Part shown: positions 51,600-63,805 of the stretch, piece after piece
How positions within the stretch are numbered: the first letter of the stretch is position 1
How the letters are laid out: the number at the start of each line of letters is the position of its first letter
Source of the DNA: Antechinus flavipes
Taxonomy: Eukaryota
Direction of reading: 5' to 3'
Length of the DNA: 63,805 nucleotides
Assembly (NCBI RefSeq): GCF_016432865.1
Contig: NC_067401.1
Location: 11,160,196-11,224,000, forward strand
Made by a program: the position numbers and the translations under genes
Notes under the pieces: generated by a model
Database searches by the model: none
What the model was told of the DNA's origin: nothing
Seen by the model: the letters and a program-made list of their open reading frames with translations, nothing else

Positions 51600-52255
51600 T
51601 CCAAATTCTATCTCTTGCATTTGTTACTTACCTTCTCTGAGATCGTTTCTTTAACTTTACAATGTCCCATAGACCTACAGGAACTGTTGCTAAGTGAAGT
51701 GAGCAGAACCAGGAGATCGTTGTACCCAGCAACAGCAAGACGGTACGATGATCACTCCTTTTTTTTTTTTTTTAATTTTATTTTATTTAATAATAACTTT
51801 GTATTGACAGAGTCCATGCCAGGATAATTTTTATACAACATTATCCCTTGCAACGATGATCACTCCTGATGGACGTGGCTCTTTGCAGCAATGAGGTGAT
51901 TCGGGCTGGTTCCTTGTGGTGGAGAGAGCCGTCTACGCCCGGAGAGAGCATTGTGGGAACTGAATGTGGATCACCACATAGCATTTTCACCTTTTTTAGT
52001 TTTGTTTGCTTGCATTTTGTTTTCTTTCTCATTTTGCTTTCCTTTTTGAATTTATTTTTCTTGCACAGCACGGTCATTGTAGAAATACATATAGAATTGC
52101 ATATGTTTAACCTACATTGCATTACTTGCTGTCTAAGGGAGGGGATGGGGGTGGAAAGGAGGGAGAAAAAAGTTTGGAACACAAGGTTTTGCAAGGGTGA
52201 ATATTGACAACTATGCATGTTTTGAAAATAAAAAGTTTTAATAAAAAAAAATACA
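51600..52255 (+). mobile_element. Older LINE-1 3' end (host of the nested insertion)
   Basis: aagtgaagtgagcagaaccaggag...ttttgcaagggtgaat...aataaaaagtttaataaaaaaa; same motifs at 44660, 57905, 59250, 63240. Confidence 0.7.
51760..51852 (-). mobile_element. 93-bp severely truncated young LINE-1 nested in an older L1 3' end
   Basis: 15-bp TSD acgatgatcactcct (51745-51759 and 51853-51867); poly-T plus the terminal L1 sequence. Confidence 0.85.
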
Positions 52256-53829
52256 ATGCCTCCAATGAGGAGATTTCTGTAGAATTTTTCAGGCCTAAGA
52301 AACTCAGAGAAGTATTTGCTATTGTCATTATGGATTGATGGGCACTGAGGGGCATTAGTTGGGCTTGGTGCTTAACTACTTCCCCGCAAGGGAAAAGAAA
52401 TGCAGGTCCTGGTGGGTTGGAGCACCAGGGAAGTCAGAAATCTTCCTTCCAGGCAGCATTAACAGAGCATTTTTATAATCAGGATTTGAAACAAGAGGAA
52501 AGAACGGACTCTCTAGCTGATGAATAGCATTCCTTAACCAAATTCCCCCAGCATCCTTCCCCCGTCTGCCTTGTCTGCTGCCTCCACAGCCTAAGCCTTC
52601 TCTGGGCTGCCCTTGTTCTGTCCATACCTTGTATTCTTTTTCTAAGTGGGTCCAGTGTTTGCAGGGAGAGTTCAAGGTAGGGAGAGGCCGAAGAGAGATA
52701 GGGAAAGTGTGAAATGAGGAAGACTGGAGAGGGAACAAAAATGGGAAAGGAAAAAACAGCTGTCCAGTCAAGAAGGGAGAGGTGGGGGAGTATCAGGAAC
52801 AGGAAGCCTGGGAGCCCAGAAGAGCAGAGTGGAGTCAAGGCCAGAGTCTGGCGCTTTGGGGTGAGCACCTATTTTTTATTTTATTTTTTGCAATTTTTCT
52901 AAATATATTTCCACATTTATCATTCTACACAAGAAAAATCAGATCATAAGGGAAAAAAGAGAAAGAAAAAAAAAAACAAGCAAGCAAACGACAACAACAA
53001 CAACAAAGGTGAAAAGACCGTGCTGTGATCCACACTCAGTTCCCGCAGTCTGGCTTTCTCCATCCCAAGTCTATCGGAACTGGCCGGAACCTGACTGTAT
53101 TTTATGACAAGCTGTAGCTGCATTTGGAATCACACGGACCGAGTGGCTTTGTGATGTTGGGCAGGTTTTCTCCCACGGAGCAGCAACTGCTATGTTTCAG
53201 GAACCGTGGTGGGGGCTAAGAGGACCCCACCACAAGGTACTGATGTCACGGCAGCAGCCACCCCTGTCCTTCCGGCTTGGGGAAGCGTGCCAGCACCCCG
53301 CCTAGCATTCAGGTGCCCTCCTCTCCCCACTTGGGCTGTACAGGCTCATGGACTGAGAATAACCCTAGGGACACCATTTCAATAGTGAGAAAGCTCTGCC
53401 CTGCCCTGTTCTTGGTTTTCTGGATTTCAAAACTATGTGTCATCTATTGTCGGCTCCTTTTGGAACTTCTCTCAGTGCCCCGGGCTTTCTTGCCTTGGGA
53501 ACACCTGAGAAGTTTGCCACAGCTCACAAGGCCCATCTTCCTCTTCTGCCATTGGGGAATTTCCCTCGGAACCTCCATTTGGTGGAGGCTGCCAACATTG
53601 TTCTATCTACCTGGGCTTTCTGGATTTCAAAACTTTCTCTGCTCAGGCTCCTCTCATTCCTGTCTCTGGCTTTCTCCCACTTCTCTTCAGTTCCCCTTTG
53701 TGTGTTGTCTTCCACCTTTAGAATGTAAACTCCTTGAAGGAAAGGACTGTGGGTCTGTCTTTTAGTTTTTATTCATATTCTCAATGCTTAGCTCAATGAC
53801 TGGCACATAGTAAGCATTTAAATATTTGT

Positions 53830-54004
53830 TTCCTTCCTAATTCTTTTCCCTTCTTCCTTTCCTCCCTCCCTCTCTTTTTTCCTTCTTCCCTCCCTCCTTT
53901 TTTCCTTCTTCCCTCTTTTCCTCCCTCCTTCCCTTCTTCCTTTCCTCCCTCCCTCCCTTCCTTCCTCTCTTTCTTTTTTCCTTCTTCCCTCCCTCTTCTC
54001 CTCC
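53830..54004. repeat. CT-rich low-complexity tract next to an N-run
   Basis: ttccttcctccctccc... Confidence 0.85.
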
Positions 54005-54134
54005 NNNNNNNNNNNNNNNNNNNNNNNNNNNNNNNNNNNNNNNNNNNNNNNNNNNNNNNNNNNNNNNNNNNNNNNNNNNNNNNNNNNNNNNNNNNNNNNN
54101 NNNNNNNNNNNNNNNNNNNNNNNNNNNNNNNNNN

Positions 54135-54520
54135 TTTCCAAAGCTCTGATAGGTAAACTAGCCCTTGCTCTCCTAATATGCTTGTAGCATCCCCTTTTAT
54201 GCCTAAATCATGTACCCATTTTGACCTGATTTTGGTATGGGGCGTGAGGTGTAGGTTTATGCCAAATTTCTGACATATTATCTTCCAGTTTTCCCAGCTG
54301 TTTTTGTGAAATTGTGAGCTCTTATCCCAGAAGCTGGAGTTTGAGAATTTATCAAACACTAGCTTACTATAGTCATCGATTATTGTGAGCTGTGCATCTA
54401 ACCTATTCCCCTGATCCACCACTTTATTTCTTAGCCAGTACGATATGGTTTTGATGCCGCTGCTTTGTCATAGAGTTTTAGGCCTGGTACTGCTAGGCCA
54501 CCTTCCTTTGTAATTTTTGT
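54135..54520 (-). mobile_element. LINE-1 ORF2 fragment
   Basis: WENWKIICQKFGINLHLTPHTKIRSKWVHDLGIK on the minus strand. Confidence 0.85.
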
Positions 54521-56099
54521 TCTTGACCTTTTGAGTAGTTTGCAAATCTTAAAAGTCCTACATACAGGGTTTTTCTTATTTCTGTTCAAGAGCCATTCAG
54601 TCTCCAGTGATTAGAGTACTTCCATTTCCTTCTTCCTTTTCCCATCCTGGTGATTCTGAGCACACTGCCAAAGAACAAATCTTCCTGACCCCAGCTGTCC
54701 TCATCCCTATCCATCTTAGCCTCCCTTTCCCTATAATGTCCCATTTTTTAAAATTAATTTTTGTTTATTATTTGTTGTTTTTATTTTTATTATTATTAAA
54801 AAATAATAAACAAATTAATTGTTTATTAATATTGTCCTATCCTCTCCAAGCACAGATCCTATTCTCTCTTGGATCCATCCCCCCACTCCATATAGCTAAA
54901 AACCAAATAGTTAAACCAAACCATCTGCATATATTGTTATAAAATACAATTCATGCTGTCCTCTTAGACAGAACCCCATCCCTGAGAGTGGTTCTCAAGT
55001 GTCTTCTCTGCTGGACTCTACAATGGTTATCTTGAAGCCCTTTCTTCCAGAATACCCTGGGTTGCCCATGTTTAGTCTGGAACCCACCCTGCTCCTACGG
55101 GTGGGAGCAAGAAGTGAGACAGGAAAGAACCATGGAAGTCTAAAGAGAGAAAAGGACAGATCACCAACAGAGAGAGAAAGGATGGAAGCAGGAAAGGAGA
55201 AAGCAGGCAATCGCAGTGGAGGAGACTTGAAGAGAATGAGAAAGGAAAAAGGAAGAAGCGCTGACATACAGATGTGAAAGACCCAGACTTTGAGGGCCAG
55301 AGTACTTGGATTACTTGGATAGTGAGTTTTATGTTGTATTATGTTAACAATACTGAGTTATTATTTTAATCGGTGAGGAAGTGAAGGGTCTTGGAAAGAG
55401 ACCTGGGATCAAACACTCTTTTCTACTCTCTAGGTTATATTCATTTCTTCTTTCCAGGCTTCAGTCTTTGCATCTGCATAATGGGAAATATTTAATATAA
55501 TTTTTTTTCCAGCTTTAAGTCTATGAGATCCTAATTATCATACACTGTTGGATTCACTCAAGGACTATTTACAAGCTTGATCTTATCTAGTATCTCCTCC
55601 TTCCCAAGTTGCTGGAATGAAGGTATGTGGAACATGGTCAGTGAGTGGCAGGACTGCCAGGATTTAGAGCTTTCTTTTGGTGATGAAAATAAAATCGGAT
55701 GCTGTAAAGACCACTATTGCCCAAGAACCTGTTATATAAGATCCATGAGCCAAAGGGTCATGTAGATCAAATAGGAGTTGGAAAAATTAAACATTGACAT
55801 CTTGGGTGGCAGTGATCTTAACTGGATGGTGAAAAGTGCATTTAATTCAGACGACCATTTACTTCTGTGAGCAAGAATCTCTTAGAAGAAATAAAATATT
55901 CAAGGCAACCTCAATAAACATTAGATGGAAAACAAATAGCTGAGGAAAGAAGGACAGTGAAAGGGAAAGATATATCCCACTGAGTGAAGAATTCTAAAGA
56001 CTAATAAGGAGAGACAATAAAGTTCTCTTAAATGAGCAATGCAAAGAAATTGAAGAAAATGATAGGATGGGAAAGACAAGAGTTCTCTTCCCAAAAAAC

Positions 56100-58262
56100 T
56101 AGAGAATCTAAAACCATCAAAAGCATTATCTGTAATGGGGATGAGCTAGAAGCCTTCTCAGTACAATCAGGAGCGAAGCAAGGAGACCCATTATTACCTC
56201 CATTGTTTAATATTATAAAAAGTTAGCTGCAGCAACAAAAAAAGAAAAGAAATGAAAGGAATTAGAAAAGACAATGAGGAAACACAATTATCACTCTTTG
56301 AAGATATGATGTTATATTTAGAAAATCCTAGAGACCCAAATTAAAAAAAAAAACTACTTGAAATTATTAAAACTTTAGCAAAGTTGCAGGATACAAAATA
56401 AATCTACTTAAATCATTAGCATTTCTCTATATTTCCAACAAAGTCAAGCAACAAGAGACAGAAAGAGAAATTCCATTTAGTATAACTGTAGACAATGTAA
56501 AATACTTAGGAGTATACAACCCAGGAACTATATGAACACAACTATTAAACACTTTTTGCATAAAGTCAGATCTAAGCAATTGGAAAAATATTAATTGCTC
56601 AAGGATAGCCAAGCCAATAATAAAAATAATAATTCTACCTAAATTTATTTATTCAGTGCCATACCAATCAAACTATGAAAAAACTATTTTTATAGAGTTA
56701 GAAAAAGTAATAACAGAATTTATCTGGAAGAACATAATCTCAAGAATATCAAGGGAATCAATTGAAAAAAATGCAGAATAAGATGGTCTAGGTATATTAG
56801 ACCTCAAAGAGTATTTATAAAGTGGTAATTATCAAAACAATCCGATCCCAGTTAAGAAATAGAGTGGTTAATCAGAGGACTACAGTAGGTATGAATTACA
56901 TTATAGTAAATAATCATACTAATCTAGTACACAATGAACCCAAAGATCCAAATTTTTGGAACAAAAAGTCATTATTTGACAAAAACTTCTGGGAAAACTG
57001 GAAAATAGTATGGCAGAAACTAGGTATAGACCAACATCTCATACAGTATAACAAGATAAGGCCAAAATGAGTACATGATTTACATATAAAAGGTCTCTTA
57101 AACAAATTAAGAGATCTTGTGGAACATTTTATCTGTCAGATTTATGGATAAGAGAAGAATGTAGGACCAAAGAAGAAATAAAAAGCTTTACAAAATGTAA
57201 AATAGATGATTTTGATTATATAAAATTAAAGTTTTTGCACAAACAAAACCAAAGCAACAAAAATCATAAGGAAAGTGGAAAACTGGGGAAATTTTTTTTT
57301 TTTTTTGCAACAAGTAACTCTCATTAAGGCTTCATTTCTCAAATATATAGGGAACTGAGTCAAATTTCTAAAAATACCAGTCATGCCTCAATTAATAAAT
57401 GGTCAAAGGATATGAACAGGCAGTTTTCAGGCCAAGGAATCAAAGCTATCTATAGTCACATGAAAAAAATACTCTAAATCAATATTGATCAGAGAAATGC
57501 AATTTTCTCACACCTATCAAATCAGCTAATATGACAAAAAAGGGAAATGATAAATGTGGGAGGGGGTGTGGGAAAACTGCTGGTAGAACTGTGAACTGAT
57601 CCAACCACTTTGGAGAATAATTTGGAACATCGCCTACCTTTCGATCCAGCAATACCACTGCTAGATTTGTGTCCCAAAGGAAAAAAATAAGGTGTGTATA
57701 TGACGAAGGACCTGTGTATAAAAATATTTACAGCAGTTCTTTTTTGTGGGAGTTATGAATTGTAAAATAAAAGAATACCCAGTGATTGGGGAATGGTTAA
57801 AAAAGTTGTGATACATGATTCTAATAGAATATCATTGTGCTATAAGAAACAACAAATAGGATGATTTTCAAAAAACATAGAAAGATTTACATTAACTGAT
57901 GTAAGTGAAGTGAAATGAACCAGGAGAATGTTGTACACAGTAATAGCAATATTGTGTCATGCTTTTGTCAACAATACAATGATCCTAAGCCAATACCAAA
58001 GGATTAAGATGAAGCACACTATCTGCTTCCAGAGAAAGGAATGATATTGATTAAATGCACACTGAACATGTTATTTTTCACTTTCTTTCATTTTTTCTTT
58101 TATTTGAGTCATGTACAAAATGACTGATATGGAAATGTTTAACATAATTGCACATGTATAATTTACATCTGATTACTTATCATCTCAGGGAGGTGGGGAG
58201 GGAAAGGAGGGAAGGATAGAATTTGGAATTCATTACTTTAAATAAAAATGTTTTTAAAAAAA
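56100..58262 (+). mobile_element. Degenerate 5'-truncated LINE-1 (ORF2 RT to 3' end)
   Basis: GAKQGDPLLPPLFNII (RT QGxPLSPLLFNI), ADDM-like region, FWENWKIVWQKLGID, Cys-rich C-terminus, A-rich tail; many stops and frameshifts. Confidence 0.9.
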
Positions 58263-59084
58263 GGTGAACATTTATCAAATATTAAATTAATATTTCATCA
58301 AAATGAAAAATCTAAACTGAATTTTAAAATAAATAATCACCTAAATTTTACTTAAAAATGAGATACAAACTGAGAAATTTTTGACTGTAGCAGTAACCAG
58401 GAATATGCAAAGGTGCTATCAGATTTCATCATCTTGAGCTTTAATCAGATAATGACATGAAACAGACTAAGGCTTTTTCATCTCTCTGTTCTGGAGAATG
58501 AAATGTTATTTGCCTGATGTTATGGATGGAAATTCCTCAATTATGCTATAATTACCTGCAGAGGTGAGGCAAATTAGTGCTCAATGGCTCAAATTCCAAG
58601 TGAGTTAAAATGCTGTTGGGATTTTCTATTTCTTAGTTTGTTTTTAAGACGTGCTAATTAGGAAAAAGCACTTTCTTAAGAATAGGTAAAATTGCAAAAC
58701 ATTGAAATTTTTACAGCCCATGAAGTTATCGTCTGCTGGTATCGGTCATAATCAAGAAGCAAATCCTACCATCAGCTTCCACCTCATTCCAGGATGCTTG
58801 GAATTGACCAGCAATGTTTGTCACACTGTCTTTGTCTGTGTTTAAGCTCAGCTTTTTATTTTTATTATTTTTATTTTTTTACTGTAGTCATTCTAGTCAA
58901 ATAGTTGGTCAATTCCAGAAATAATTTAATTTTGGAATGCGTAAAAATGGAGTTCTCTCATGCTCCTTTTTTGGGAGGACTCACATATGTTATCTATAGA
59001 AATGGATGTTTTTCTCTTCTTCAATGAGAGGAATTGAGAGATTATTTTCTATTTTCACACTGGCATTGAAACTAGGCTTGTACA

Positions 59085-59310
59085 CTTTTTTCTCTATTTT
59101 TCCCTCCTTTTTGTTCTGATTTTTCTTGCACAGCATGAAAAATGTGGAAATAAGCTTCAAGAATTGCACTTTTAATCTATATTGGATTGCTTGCTGTCTA
59201 GAAGTGGGGGGAAGTGAGAAGGGAAGGGAAAAAATATGGAACACAAGGTTTTGCAAGGGTGAATGTTGAAGGCATGTATTTTGAAAAATAAAAAGCTATT
59301 ATTAAAAAAA
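59085..59310 (+). mobile_element. LINE-1 3' end fragment
   Basis: Same terminal motifs as 52050-52250, A-rich tail. Confidence 0.7.
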
Positions 59311-59884
59311 AGAAAGAAAGAAAATAGGTTTGGTCAAATTGGAGGCGATCTGGAATTGTCATATCTATAGATCACAAATTTTCTTTGAGGAAACATGGAT
59401 TCTAAGATATCGCCTCGCCATCGCTGCCCCTGAAGTCTCAGGCTTTGCACCTTTGATGGGTGCTGGGACTTGCGTCCACATGAGGAAGGCAGAGAAAGAG
59501 ACATGCTCCAAATTCGGATGGACCCATCCTTTACTCTGGAAACACTCATCCTCATGAAGCATCAGCAGGATTCCCATGTCCTTCACTTGTTTTTTCAAAA
59601 GTGAGTTGGCTGTGAATCATCTGAGTCTTCAAGAAACCCCACCTGAATCAGGCTATTTCTCATGGTATCCAAAGGATTATGCAAATTATTTGTTCTTGAC
59701 TTTGCATAAAGCGAGTTGAGATAGACAGCTTGAAAAGCCTTCATCCTTTCTGCTATCATCTGGAGAACTGGGAGCATCAATGGACAAATGAAAACACAGC
59801 CAAATGATTTCAGTTCATGGGCCCTGGTTTTTATTTTGGAATCAATAAGGTGAATAGTTGGTGATCTTTTGTCCAGTTTTTTTT

Positions 59885-60110
59885 CAGTCATATCCAACTC
59901 TCCATAACTCCATTTGGCAAAGATCCTAGAGTGGTTTGCCATTTCTGTCTCCAGCTCATTTTACAGATGAGGAAACTGAGGCAAATAAAATTCTGTTACT
60001 TGTCCAGGATCACATAGGTAGTAAGTCTCTGAGGCCAGATTTGAGTTCAGGAAGATGAGTCTTCCTGATTCCAAGTCCAGAGCTTTATGCACTGTGTCCC
60101 TTAGCTGCCA
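59885..60110 (-). mobile_element. MAR1/MIR-family CORE-SINE
   Basis: agtggtttgccatttc...cattttacagatgaggaaactgaggc...ggatcacataggtagtaag. Confidence 0.75.
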
Positions 60111-62059
60111 TTCTCCTACCTAGCAGGTAAAATGTTAGAATAATTTTGTTCNNNNNNNNNNNNNNNNNNNNNNNNNNNNNNNNNNNNNNNNNNNNNNNNN
60201 NNNNNNNNNNNNNNNNNNNNNNNNNNNNNNNNNNNNNNNNNNNNNNNNNNNNNNNNNNNNNNNNNNNNNNNNNNNNNNNNNNNNNNNNNNNNNNNNNNNN
60301 NNNNNNNNNNNNNNNNNNNNNNNNNNNNNNNNNNNNNNNNNNNNNNNNNNNNNNNNNNNNNNNNNNCCACACCAGACAATTCTGTTTTGTTTACTTAAAG
60401 GGACTACAAGACTAGTAAGATGGGGTTCAAATAGGACTTGTAGCAATGTACATAGAGTATTTCGGTTTTTTTGCATCTTATTTGAGCTCCTATAATAAAT
60501 TCATCTTTAGTAGGTACTCTGATAAAAGAGACAGACGTCACGGCTACTATTTTAAAAGAGACAGTTTTTAACAATGTCAAGGATGTCATTTATCTGGTCA
60601 ACAACAGACTGGCCCCTAATTATTTTGACTGAACCAACACAAAATGTTCTACTGAATTGTGATTTTTATTATTCAGAGTGCCCACTCAGCAGCAATATCA
60701 ACAGTTATTGAGCTAATTTCCCCATAGAATGGAGCTTTCCACATTCTGTTGCAAAATGTAGAACGATTTATGATTAACTTTGGATACTAAATTAGACAGA
60801 TGGGGGATACTGAAATTATTGCAAATGCTCTGCCGCTGTGGGGTCCTTTTTTGGGAGCATACTGACTACATTTAGATATGGTGAGGGAGAGGGATTTGTT
60901 TCTCCCCAGTGCAATGGCTACTATCACTGGAGGGACAGAAGTATAAGTCATTTTGACCACGTGTGTTGCCCATATATTTGCCTCACTATCAGTCTAAATT
61001 TGTGCACAGTTTTCTTAGGGATGGTGTATGTAGTGGGATGGTGTGCCCCAGACTTAGGGCAAAATGTTGGGCAAATGTTGTTCTTACTGTGCTATCTCAG
61101 TTAAACTAATTGTATCCATTTGCCGACTTTTTAAAGAAAAGGGCACCAGTGTGGGCTTCTAGACTATGGTTTTAGGAGTTCAGACCTACAGAGTACTCAG
61201 AACCCGGAGTATCTAAACTATGTATAATTTCTAGGGATCACCCTACAGTGCTATAGAGTGATGTCTTACTCTGGAATATATTTAGTTGCCCTATAGATTT
61301 GTAGGAACCCAGTGGAGAGATTCTCTACCTTAGACTCTCCTTCTTGGCTTCTCTTATATTTTTTCCCTCATATTTTAATCAATTAACCAATAATTACTCA
61401 ATAAACGTCTACTAAGTGTGTATATTGTGTCAGTACTGTGCTAAGCACTGGGAATTTCAGGGATCCCCTCTTGAAAAATTAGTGATTTCAACATAGTGTT
61501 TTCATCTTTTTTGTTGATGTTTGCTTGCTTGCTTTGTGTCTTTCTCTTTTTTTTTTTCATTTTTGATCTGATTTTCTTTAACACCATCATTAATATGGAA
61601 ATATATATATATATATACACACATATATATATAGAAACAAGAACAAAGCACTGATTGAAGGTTAAAGAGGAAACAACAAGGGAAATTTTACCCATGAAGA
61701 TGAAGCTTTAAGGGGAGCTAAGGGAGCATGAAGGGAAGGAGGAATATTTGGATAAATATTTCACTAACTAAAATCATACTTTCTTTAAAAAAAAAGGTAG
61801 TGATTTTTTCTTTCTTTTTTGTTTTAGATTATAATTGGGCAGTTAGTTTTCTTGTACTGCTCAATCAGATCAGTCACATTGACACAACTTTTGTAGGGTT
61901 GAATACTTCAAAACTTCTAACTCTTGTAACTACATCCATCATGAGTATGCAATTATGGATGTTGCATCCCTAGAATACTGCATGCTTAGTAATTTGTTTT
62001 CTTTTTCCTTCCCTCTTTTCATCCCTCCCTCCTCTTCCTCCTTTCTCCTTCTCTTCCTC

Positions 62060-62900
62060 CTTCCATAATAATATTTTTTGCAATTGCATGTAAAGATCGT
62101 TTTCAACATTCATTTTTATAATTGAGTTTCAAAAGTTTCTCCTTCCCTCCCTTCCCTCATCCCTTCCCAAGATAGCTAGTAATCTGAAATAGGTTGTACG
62201 TGTATAATCATGTTAAATCTATTTTCATACCAGTGTTCCTATGAAAGAAGAATCAGAACAAAAGGGGAAAACCATAAGAAAACAATAAACAATAAAAAAG
62301 TGAAAATAGTATTCTTTGATTTGTATTCAGAAACATTAATTATTCATTATTTTCTTTTATTTATATTATTTATATATATTATATAATATTTTATATATAT
62401 TATTTCTTTATATTATTCATTAATTCTTTTTCTGAATGTGAATAGCATTTTCCATCACGAGTCTTTTGGTATTGACTTGGATCATGTATTGTTGAGAAGA
62501 GCTAAGTCTGTCATAGCTGCTCATCGTACAATATTATTGTTACCGTGTACAATGTTCTCTTGGTTCTGCTCATTTCACTGAACATCAGTTCATGTGAGTT
62601 GTTCTAGGTTTTTCTGCAATCAGCCTGTTCGTCATTTTTTACAGCACAACAGTATTCTCTTACATTCAAATACCACAATCTGTTCAGCCATTTCCCAATG
62701 GATGAGTATCCCCTCAATTCCCGATTCCTTGCCACCAAAAAAGAGTTGCTATCAATATTTTTGTATGTATCTATCCTTTCTCCCTTGGTATGATCTCTTT
62801 GAGATACAGACTTAGTAATAATATTGCTGGAACAAAGGGATCCAGTTTTATAGCTCTTTAGGCATAGCTCCAAATTGCTCTCCAGAATCCTTCCTTTCTT
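62060..62900 (-). mobile_element. LINE-1 ORF2 C-terminus plus 3' UTR fragment
   Basis: FLVARNRELRGYSSIGKWLNRLWYLNVREYCCAVKND on the minus strand. Confidence 0.8.
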
Positions 62901-63139
62901 CTGACAGAGACAAGATCCATTGCTTATCGAAAAATCTTAAATGTCTGGTTTTTTTTTTTTGAGCATTTATGGGATGTAGACAAGGGAGCACAATCCTGGA
63001 CTTATATACTGAGAAAGAACAGATCAAATTGGTTTGTTTTATAGTTCTGGTTAAATTAAAGCAACAGTGGTCTTGCTTGAATTTGGAAAAAGCCTTCAAT
63101 CATATCTCAAAGAGAAGTGACTAAAAATTAAAAATATAG

Positions 63140-63325
63140 CTTGTATCCCTTGCACATGTTTAACATATACTGGATTATTTGCCATCTAGGGGAGGAAGTG
63201 GGGGGAAGGGAGGGAAAAATTTAGAACACAAGATTTTGCAAGAGTGAATGTTGAAAATTATCTGTGCATATATTTTGAAAATAAAAAAACTTTAATAATA
63301 GTAAAAACAAACAAACAAACAAATG
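63140..63325 (+). mobile_element. LINE-1 3' end fragment
   Basis: aaaaatttagaacacaagattttgcaagagtgaatgttgaaaatt...aaaataaaaaa plus (AAAC)n tail. Confidence 0.7.
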
Positions 63326-63805
63326 AAAATTCCCTCAAGACATTCTTAGTGTCAACAAGACTGTAGAAATTCTGGCTCCAATCTACAAACAGCTTTGGCT
63401 GGAACTAATTCCAGTTTATTTAGAATACTGGCAGAAGAGGTAGAATGAAAAGAACGTACATGTTTATTAATTGAAAAAAATTAATTCTGTACTTTAAAGT
63501 ACACAAAGGTTACATGCTGAATGCCGAATACTGTGAGCAGATTGAAGCATAATGCCTGCACACCTTGACCATCCATATCTTTTGTTAAGCATACAAGAGG
63601 ATAGAGTCCAGTTGCATTAAACAGCAAAAGGGCCCTGGCTTTTCCAATTCTGAGGTATATATATTTAGGGGATTTGCATTAGGAGAATTCCCCAAAACCA
63701 GAGCAGTGGAAGGAATAGTTGATACGGAAGTTTAGCAAGAGGACAAATGTATTCTCCAAGCTGAATGGAATATTGGATGTGTCCAAGGAGTGATTCCTAA
63801 CATCC

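Noticed and set aside
54135-57100. Oppositely oriented homologous L1 ORF2 segments (54135-54420 and about 56850-57100) as a twin-primed insertion or dsRNA stem
   Set aside because: They overlap the same ORF2 region and differ substantially, so they are independent insertions; no evidence of a spanning transcript.

Overview
Vertebrate genomic DNA, very probably from a dasyurid marsupial (inferred from WSINE1-, MAR1- and MIR-like SINEs and the style of the L1 3' ends; not verified by search). It covers the conserved synteny block CLCN2(-), POLR2H(+), THPO(-), CHRD(+), followed by an intronless TEDDM/TMEM45-family gene(+). All exons were traced by hand using GT-AG boundaries and frame continuity. 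CLCN2 coding exons 1-14 are present and the gene runs off the left edge. POLR2H (150 aa), THPO (359 aa), CHRD (974 aa) and the TEDDM-like ORF (289 aa) are complete and intact. The first ~43.9 kb is GC-rich with CpG islands and G-rich minisatellites; the rest is AT-rich and dense in L1/SINE/LTR relics. There are eight N-runs. Most of the supplied ORF track is shadow or low-complexity ORFs. Main observations: (1) a 7x19-bp tandem array that multiplies the CHRD exon-20 splice donor, where every alternative donor would give a chordin lacking CR4; (2) the first BMP1/Tolloid site of chordin reads YS-NRGD rather than YS-DRGE, losing the P1' Asp and gaining an RGD; (3) a decayed copy of CLCN2 exon 3 inside intron 1 with a fold-back junction; (4) the 27-codon inhibitory THPO uORF with its junction-made stop, plus a second overlapping uORF; (5) an L1 insertion with a probable 3' transduction. 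Comparisons to human or mouse are from memory and need alignment to confirm.
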